The notes beneath the pieces are model-generated. The model searched no databases, had not been told where the DNA came from, and saw only the letters and a list, made by a program, of their open reading frames with translations. Shown here piece by piece: positions 7,140 through 12,427 of a stretch of 12,427 bases of DNA. The stretch's first letter is position 1. Each line of letters opens with the position of its first letter. Source of the stretch: Candidatus Eiseniibacteriota bacterium. Its GTDB lineage: Bacteria; Eisenbacteria; RBG-16-71-46. Location of the stretch: positions 1 to 12,427 of the forward strand of contig JBGAOA010000092.1 in NCBI GenBank assembly GCA_044222065.1. The letters run 5' to 3'. Both the position numbers and the translations under genes were made by a program.

Positions 7140-7931
7140 ATGATCGACACGCACTGCCACCTGTGCGACAAGCGCTTCGACAAGGACCGCGAGGCGATGA
7201 TCGAGCGCGCCCGCGTCGCGGGCGTGACGCGCTTCGTCGAGATCGCCTACTCGCCCCCGATCGTCACGAAGGCGTTCGACCTCGCGCGACTCCACCCGAA
7301 CCTGTTCCTCGCGGTCGGCGTCCACCCGAGCGAGTCGGCGAAGGTGCCGCTCGAGTGGCTCGACGAGCTGCGCGCGCACGCGCGCCACGCGCGCGTCGTC
7401 GCGATCGGCGAGACCGGGCTCGACTTCTACCGCGACTACGCTCCGCGCGACGTGCAGGAACGCTGGTTCGTCGCGCAACTCGCGCTCGCGAACGACGTCG
7501 GGCTGCCGGTCGTGATCCACCAGCGCTCGGCGTTCGAGGACGTGATGCGGCTGCTCGAGACGCACCGCGTCGAGGCGGGCGGCGTGCTCCACTGCTTCGA
7601 CGACGGCCCGGACGCGGTCGCGCGCGCGCGCGCGATCGGGTTCAAGCTCGGCCTCGGCGGCTGCCTCACGTACGGACACGCCGCGCTCGACGACGCCGTG
7701 CGCGAAGCGCCCGCCGACATGCTCGTGCTCGAGACCGACGCGCCGTACCTCGAACCCGAGCCGCGCTCCTTGAAGCGCAACGAGCCGGCTCTGCTCGCGC
7801 GCGTCGTGAAGCGCCTGTGCGAGCTGCGCGGCTGGTCGCCCGAGGAGGCCGTGCGCATCACGAACGAGAACGCGCGCGCGCTGTTCCGCTTCCCGGCCTC
7901 GGCCGCGGAGTCAAAGGCTACCGGCGCATGA
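7140..7931 (+). CDS. tatD: TatD family metal-dependent DNase/hydrolase
   Basis: MIDTHCHL, AVGVHP, AIGETGLDFY, PVVIHQR, GVLHCF, LETDAPYL.P, KRNEP, TNENARALF. The metG-tatD neighbourhood is typical. Confidence 0.96.
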   Translation: MIDTHCHLCDKRFDKDREAMIERARVAGVTRFVEIAYSPPIVTKAFDLARLHPNLFLAVGVHPSESAKVPLEWLDELRAHARHARVVAIGETGLDFYRDYAPRDVQERWFVAQLALANDVGLPVVIHQRSAFEDVMRLLETHRVEAGGVLHCFDDGPDAVARARAIGFKLGLGGCLTYGHAALDDAVREAPADMLVLETDAPYLEPEPRSLKRNEPALLARVVKRLCELRGWSPEEAVRITNENARALFRFPASAAESKATGA

Positions 7932-10666
7932 TCGCGCGCACGCCGCGGGCTGCGTCGCGCCTCGTGCGCCTCGCCGCGTGCGGCCTCGCGCTCGCGGCCG
8001 CCGCCGGCGCCGCCCCGCGCTTCCCCGCGCCCGCGCTCGAGGCCGGGCTCGCGCGCGTGGACTCGCTGCTGCGCCGGCAGCGCGGCGACAGCGCGCGCGT
8101 CGTGCTCGGCACGCTCGAGCGCGCCGTGCGCGCAAGCGGCGACCGCGCCGCACTCGCGCGCGTGCTGGCCAAGCGCGGCGAGTCGCTCGCCGGCGCCCGC
8201 TACTCGCGCGAGGCGGAACCGCCGCTGCGCGAGGCGGTCGCGCTCGCGACCGCCGCCGCCGACACCGCGACGCTCGCGACCTCGATGCGCTGGCTCGCGG
8301 TCGCGCTCGAGGACCAGGGCCGCGCCGACGAAGCGAGCGCGCTCTACCCGCGCGTGCTCGCGCTCGGCCGCGCCGCGGGGCTCGACGAAGAGCAGGCGTG
8401 GGCGCTCGTCGGCATCGCGTGGCGCCATTACCGCGAGGGCCGCCCCGACAGCACGATCCACTTCGACCGCAACGCGCTGCCGCTGTTCGCGCGCGCGCGG
8501 AGCCTGCGGGGCGAAGCGTGGGCGCGCAACCAGATCGGGCTCGCGTACGACGAACTCGGGAACGTGGACAGCGCGCGCGTGCAGTTCGTGCGCACGGCCG
8601 CGCTCGCCGAGACGCTCGGCTTCTTCACGATGCGCACGTGGGCTTACACGAACCTCGGCGCGGCCGAGTCGCGCTACGGCGATCCCGTCGCCGCGGTGCG
8701 CGCGTACCGGCGCGCGCTCGAGTACCCCGACGTGCACAGCCGCTTCTTCACGCTCGCGCCGGTCACGGTGAACCTCGCGCGCGCGTACGCCCAGCTCGGC
8801 GCGTTCCGCGACGCCGAGCGGCTCGTGGATTCCTCGCTCGCGATCGCCGAGGCCGAGGGCTATCGCGAACTCGTGGGCCTGTTCCGGCGCGCGCGCGGCG
8901 ACGTCGAGCAGATCCGCGGGCGGTCCCAGGCCGCGATCCGCTGGTACCGCGCCGCGCTCGCGCTCGGCGACTCGCTGCGCGATCCCGAACGCGTGGCCGC
9001 GTCGCTGTCGCTCGCCGAGGCGCTCGCGGGGCGCGACAGCCTCGCCGAGGCGCTCGCGATCTCCGATGCGACGCTCGCCGACCTGCGCGGCCGGATCGCG
9101 AACGACTCGCGATTGTCGTTCGAGGTCCGCCGCGGCGAACTGCTGACGCGTCTCGGGCGGCCCGCCGAGGCGATCGCGGGCCTCCAGGCGGCCGCCGAGG
9201 TGAGCCGCGCCGTCGGTCCCTCCGGCGTCGAGATGGACGCGCGGCTCCAGCTCGCGCGCGCCCTGCGCCGGCTCGGCCGGCGCGACGAGGCGGCGGCGGC
9301 GCTCGAAGAGGCCTACCACGCGTGGGAGGCCGACCGCGGACTGCCGAGCGCGCCGGAGTGGCGCGAGCTGCGCGGGCAGTCGGCGCTCGAGGTGGCGTAC
9401 GAGGACGCCGACCTCGCGCTCGAAGGCCGCGAGCACGACGCCGCGCAGGTCGCGCACGCGTTCGCGGCGGTGCAGCGCTTCAAGGCGCGCACGCTGTACG
9501 AGCGCGCGACCGGCCCCGGCGGCGGCGCGCTCGCTGCCGAACGCTTCGTGCCGGTGCCGCTCGCACGGCTGCAGCGCGAGGTGCTCGAGCCCGGCGAGAC
9601 GTTCCTCGACTACCTCGTCGCGCCCCGCGGCTCGCTCGCGTTCGTCGTCACGCGCGATCGCGCCCGCGTCCTGCGCCTGCCGCCGCTCGCGCGGCTGAGC
9701 GAAGAGGCGGCGTTCTTCCGCGAGCTCGTCGTGTCGCGCTCGCCCGACGACGCCGCGGCCTCGCGCGCGCTCGCCGAGCGTCTCGGCGCGACGCTGCTCG
9801 GCGGCGAGGCGCCGGCGCAGGGCACGCTGCTCGTCTCGGCCGACGGGCCGCTGCACACGGTGCCGTTCGCGGCCCTGCGCGTGAAGGCCGGCGCGGCGCC
9901 GCTCGGCGAGGACTGCGACATCGCGTGCGTGCCGTCGGCGACGCTGCTCGCGCGCATGCGCGCTCGCACGCAGCGCCCCGCCGCGGGCCTGCTCGTCGTC
10001 GCGGGAGGACGCGACTCGCAAGGGCGCGCGCTTCCGGGCGCCGAGCACGAGGCGCGCTGGCTCGCCTCGCGCTTCGACGGCGCGCAGCGCTACGCCGTCG
10101 GCGGCGCCGCGCCGCCCGCGCTCGAGCGCTTCGGCCAGCTGCACTTCGCCGTGCACACGCGCGTCAACGACCAGCACCCGTGGGCGACCGAGATCCCGTT
10201 CGGCCGCGCCCCGCTGCACGCGCACGACGTCGCGCGGCTGCGGCTCGAGGCGCGCGTCGCGGTGCTGTCGAGCTGCGAGTCCGCGGCCGGGCGCGCGTAC
10301 TCGGGCGAGGGCGTCGCGGGACTCGCGAGCGCGTTCATGGCCGCCGGCGTGCCCGCGGTCGTGGCCTCGCTGTGGCCGGTGGACGACGCCGCGACCCGTG
10401 ACCTGATGGAGGCGTTCTACGACGCGCTCGGCCGCGGCGAACCCGTCGCGCGCGCGCTGCGATCGGCCCAGCGGACGGTCGCCGGACGTCCCAAGACCGC
10501 CGACCCCTTCTACTGGGCCGGCTTCGTCACGCTCGGCGACCCGTCGCAGAGGCCGGCCCTCGTCCGTCGCGGCCGGGGGCTCGAACGCTCCGCCTTAGTC
10601 CTTCTGGGTGTTGCGCTTGCCGTGGGCGGGGCAGTCTGGATGGCGCGCCGCAGGGTGGCGTCGTGA
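7928..10666 (+). CDS. TPR + CHAT (caspase HetF-associated) domain protease, 912 aa, with N-terminal signal peptide and C-terminal TM anchor
   Basis: ATG 7928 overlaps the tatD stop (ATGA). N-terminus MIARTPRAASRLVRLAACGLALAAAAGA. TPR-like repeats (NQIGLAYDELGN, TNLGAAESRYGD, VNLARAYAQLG). CHAT motifs SADGPLHTVPFAAL, LPGAEHEA, LHFAVH (H 10154-10156), VLSSCES (C 10274-10276), VVASLWPVDD, PFYWAGFVTLGD. Tail ALVLLGVALAVGGAVWMARRR. Confidence 0.93.
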   Translation: MIARTPRAASRLVRLAACGLALAAAAGAAPRFPAPALEAGLARVDSLLRRQRGDSARVVLGTLERAVRASGDRAALARVLAKRGESLAGARYSREAEPPLREAVALATAAADTATLATSMRWLAVALEDQGRADEASALYPRVLALGRAAGLDEEQAWALVGIAWRHYREGRPDSTIHFDRNALPLFARARSLRGEAWARNQIGLAYDELGNVDSARVQFVRTAALAETLGFFTMRTWAYTNLGAAESRYGDPVAAVRAYRRALEYPDVHSRFFTLAPVTVNLARAYAQLGAFRDAERLVDSSLAIAEAEGYRELVGLFRRARGDVEQIRGRSQAAIRWYRAALALGDSLRDPERVAASLSLAEALAGRDSLAEALAISDATLADLRGRIANDSRLSFEVRRGELLTRLGRPAEAIAGLQAAAEVSRAVGPSGVEMDARLQLARALRRLGRRDEAAAALEEAYHAWEADRGLPSAPEWRELRGQSALEVAYEDADLALEGREHDAAQVAHAFAAVQRFKARTLYERATGPGGGALAAERFVPVPLARLQREVLEPGETFLDYLVAPRGSLAFVVTRDRARVLRLPPLARLSEEAAFFRELVVSRSPDDAAASRALAERLGATLLGGEAPAQGTLLVSADGPLHTVPFAALRVKAGAAPLGEDCDIACVPSATLLARMRARTQRPAAGLLVVAGGRDSQGRALPGAEHEARWLASRFDGAQRYAVGGAAPPALERFGQLHFAVHTRVNDQHPWATEIPFGRAPLHAHDVARLRLEARVAVLSSCESAAGRAYSGEGVAGLASAFMAAGVPAVVASLWPVDDAATRDLMEAFYDALGRGEPVARALRSAQRTVAGRPKTADPFYWAGFVTLGDPSQRPALVRRGRGLERSALVLLGVALAVGGAVWMARRRVAS

Positions 10667-10775
10667 GCCGCCGTGTGATGAATTCGGGCGCGCCCCGGTC
10701 TCAGGAGGTGCGCGGGACGTTCGACCGCGCCGCGAAATCCCACAGCGTCATCGATCCCAGGGTTGGGGAGGGACC

Positions 10776-11486
10776 GTGAACTCCGACAACATCTCCGCCG
10801 CCTGCCTGGATCCGGCGGATCTGGACGACCTGCTCGCAGCGCCCGCCGACGATCCGCGACACGCCCACGTGCGCGACTGTCCGCGCTGTCGCGCGCTCGT
10901 CTCCGAATACGCCTCGTTCCTCGCGGCCGACTCGAAGCACCCGGGCCTCGATGCCGCCGACGCGAAGGCGCGGCTCGATCGCTTCCGCTCCGAGCTGTTC
11001 GCCGAGGCGCCGGTCGTGCGCCGCGTCGTGGCGCCGCGCCGCCCGTCGTTCTTCGAAGCGCTGGTCGCGACGTTCTCGCGGCCCGTGCCCGCGGTCGCGC
11101 TGCTCGCGGCCGTGTCGGCCATCGCGTGGTTCGCGCCGCGCGCGCTCACGCCGGGCTCGCGCGAGGTCGTGCTGCGCGGCGGATCCACGGCCGATGCGCG
11201 CGAGCAGGTGATCGTCTCCGCGCCGAAGTCGCTCTCGGACGGCGCGCTCGTGCTCGAGTGGCGGCAGGTGCCGGAAGCCACCGGCTACGAAGTGCGGTTC
11301 TACTCGGTCGCGCTCGAGGAGCTGAAGCGCATCGGGCCGGCGCCGGCGATTTCGGCGATCGTCCCGGCCGCGGACGTGCGCGCGCTGCGCGCCGCGCACG
11401 GCGAGTCCGTGCTGTGCCGGATCGTGGCGCTCCGCAACGACGAAGAGATCGCGCACTCGCGGGCGTTCGCGCTGCCGAAGCCCTGA
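10776..11486 (+). CDS. Putative membrane anti-sigma factor-like protein: zf-HC2 (ZAS) motif, TM helix, extracytoplasmic beta-sandwich (236 aa)
   Basis: GTG 10776 after GGGGAGGGA; C....DL...HVRDCPRC (HxxxCxxC, 10866-10889); TM VPAVALLAAVSAIAWFA; VLRGG; LVLEWRQVPEATGYEVRF (FN3/Ig-like). Confidence 0.8.
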   Translation: MNSDNISAACLDPADLDDLLAAPADDPRHAHVRDCPRCRALVSEYASFLAADSKHPGLDAADAKARLDRFRSELFAEAPVVRRVVAPRRPSFFEALVATFSRPVPAVALLAAVSAIAWFAPRALTPGSREVVLRGGSTADAREQVIVSAPKSLSDGALVLEWRQVPEATGYEVRFYSVALEELKRIGPAPAISAIVPAADVRALRAAHGESVLCRIVALRNDEEIAHSRAFALPKP

Positions 11487-11557
11487 CGCCGCCCGCCGCC
11501 GACGGGCCACGCGCCCGGCGGCGGCCGCGACGGGACGGCCCCGATTCGGGCCGAGTC

Positions 11558-11585
11558 TCAAGCGGCGGGTCCGACGGGCCGAAAA
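11558..11585 (+). promoter_or_regulatory. sigma28 (FliA/SigD/WhiG)-like promoter
   Basis: TCAA (11558-11561), 16-nt spacer, GCCGAAAA (11578-11585), compared with the consensus TAAA-N15/16-GCCGATAA; 10 nt before ATG 11596. Confidence 0.5.
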
Positions 11586-11595
11586 CTCCGGGGCC

Positions 11596-12427
11596 ATGAC
11601 TCCGCTCCTTTCGCCCGGACTCGCGACACCGCTCGCCGCCGTCGCCGTCGTGTCGGCCGTGATCGCCGCGCTGTGGCTCGCGTGGCGCGCCGGACAACGC
11701 CGTGAGCGGGCGCGCCGTCGCGAACGCTCGCGCCTCTGGCGCGAATCGCTCGCCGCTTTCCTCGCGCGCGAACTCGACGGCAAGGGCCTGCGCGCCGCCG
11801 CGCACGGCGTGCCGCCCGACGTGTTCTGGGACGCGATCGCCGAGATCGGGCTCAAGCGCCGCGAACGGCGGCGCTTGGGCGGCGCGCTCGCGCGCTGGCG
11901 GCCGGCGCGCGCCGAACGCTTCGCGATCCGCGACGACGACCCCGTGCGCGCCGAACTCGCGGCGCACCGGCTCGGGCTCGTGTGCTCGCGCTCGGCCCGC
12001 CGCGCGCTGCGCATCGCGGTGCGGCGCGCGCCCGAGGGCGTCGCGGCGCTCGCCGCGCTGTCGCTCGCGCGCGCGGGCGACGCGTGGACGCTCCGCTACC
12101 TGCTCGCGCACACCGAGGTGACCGCGCGCCGCACGCCGCGCTTCCGTTACGCGCTGCTGCGCGCGTTCGGACCGCGCGCGTGCCCGGCGCTCCAGGGCGC
12201 GCTCGAGGATCCGTCGCTCGATCCCGGGCTCGCGCGTGCGTGCCTCGAGGTGCTCGGCGCCCGCGGATTCCGCGAGGCGGCGGGCGAAATCGTGCGCCGC
12301 GTGCGCGACACCGAGCCCGAAGTGCGCGTCGCCGCCGTGCGCGCGGTCGGCGCGCTCGGGCTGCACGAGCACGCGTTGTCGCTCAAGACCGCGCTCGAGG
12401 ACCCGGCCTGGCCGGTGCGCGCCCAGG
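11596..12427 (+). CDS. HEAT-repeat protein with N-terminal TM helix, 3'-truncated by the window end (absent from the ORF track)
   Basis: Manual translation from ATG 11596 is open to the end: MTPLLSPGLATPLAAVAVVSAVIAALWLAWRAGQRRERARRRER...RDDDPVRAELAAHRLG...RDTEPEVRVAAVRAVGALG...ALEDPAWPVRAQ. Confidence 0.88.
   Translation, partial: MTPLLSPGLATPLAAVAVVSAVIAALWLAWRAGQRRERARRRERSRLWRESLAAFLARELDGKGLRAAAHGVPPDVFWDAIAEIGLKRRERRRLGGALARWRPARAERFAIRDDDPVRAELAAHRLGLVCSRSARRALRIAVRRAPEGVAALAALSLARAGDAWTLRYLLAHTEVTARRTPRFRYALLRAFGPRACPALQGALEDPSLDPGLARACLEVLGARGFREAAGEIVRRVRDTEPEVRVAAVRAVGALGLHEHALSLKTALEDPAWPVRAQ

Noticed and set aside
7163..7927. N-terminal extension of the 1167-aa ORF, suggesting a TatD-CHAT fusion
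   Set aside because: It is a different frame from tatD and low-complexity; ATG 7928 gives an ATGA overlap and a signal peptide.
4561..10401. Very long alternative-frame and antisense ORFs (4561..6651 +, 4670..6469 -, 7436..10225 -, 7978..10401 +)
   Set aside because: Arg/Ala/Gly-rich shadow ORFs expected in high-GC coding DNA; they overlap genes with clear family motifs.
11146..12386. Minus-strand ORFs 11146..12372 and 12147..12386, and plus-strand 11702..12121
   Set aside because: Shadows of the plus-strand HEAT-repeat gene starting at 11596.
1..12427. CRISPR array, cas genes (type III-E context for CHAT), tRNA/rRNA, transposase or integrase
   Set aside because: No spaced repeats or recognisable motifs seen; intergenic regions are short.

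Overview
GC-rich bacterial DNA, probably from an FCB-related candidate phylum such as Ca. Eisenbacteria (inferred from a FlgD/T9SS-like C-terminal domain and a TWGxIKxLYR C-terminal motif). From left to right: (1) the 3' part of argJ, with the frame broken by stops upstream of about nt 127. (2) An accessory-looking coupled pair: an S8 subtilase with Glu in place of the catalytic Asp, an FN3 domain and a sorting domain, whose best start codon is out of frame next to a (TCTG)4 repeat, followed by a secreted Cys-rich protein. (3) A coupled minus-strand pair, DUF5674-like plus a small helical protein. (4) metG (short MetRS with an insertion of about 38 aa), a small HExxH protein and tatD (probably leaderless). 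(5) A signal peptide-TPR-CHAT protease with a C-terminal membrane anchor, followed by a zf-HC2 membrane anti-sigma-like gene; no sigma factor is in the window. (6) The 5' part of a membrane-anchored HEAT-repeat gene missed by the ORF track, behind a sigma28-like promoter. The best candidates for an undescribed system are the extracytoplasmic CHAT/anti-sigma module, the frameshifted E-H-S subtilase operon and the DUF5674 pair. All family calls come from reading motifs by eye, not from database searches.
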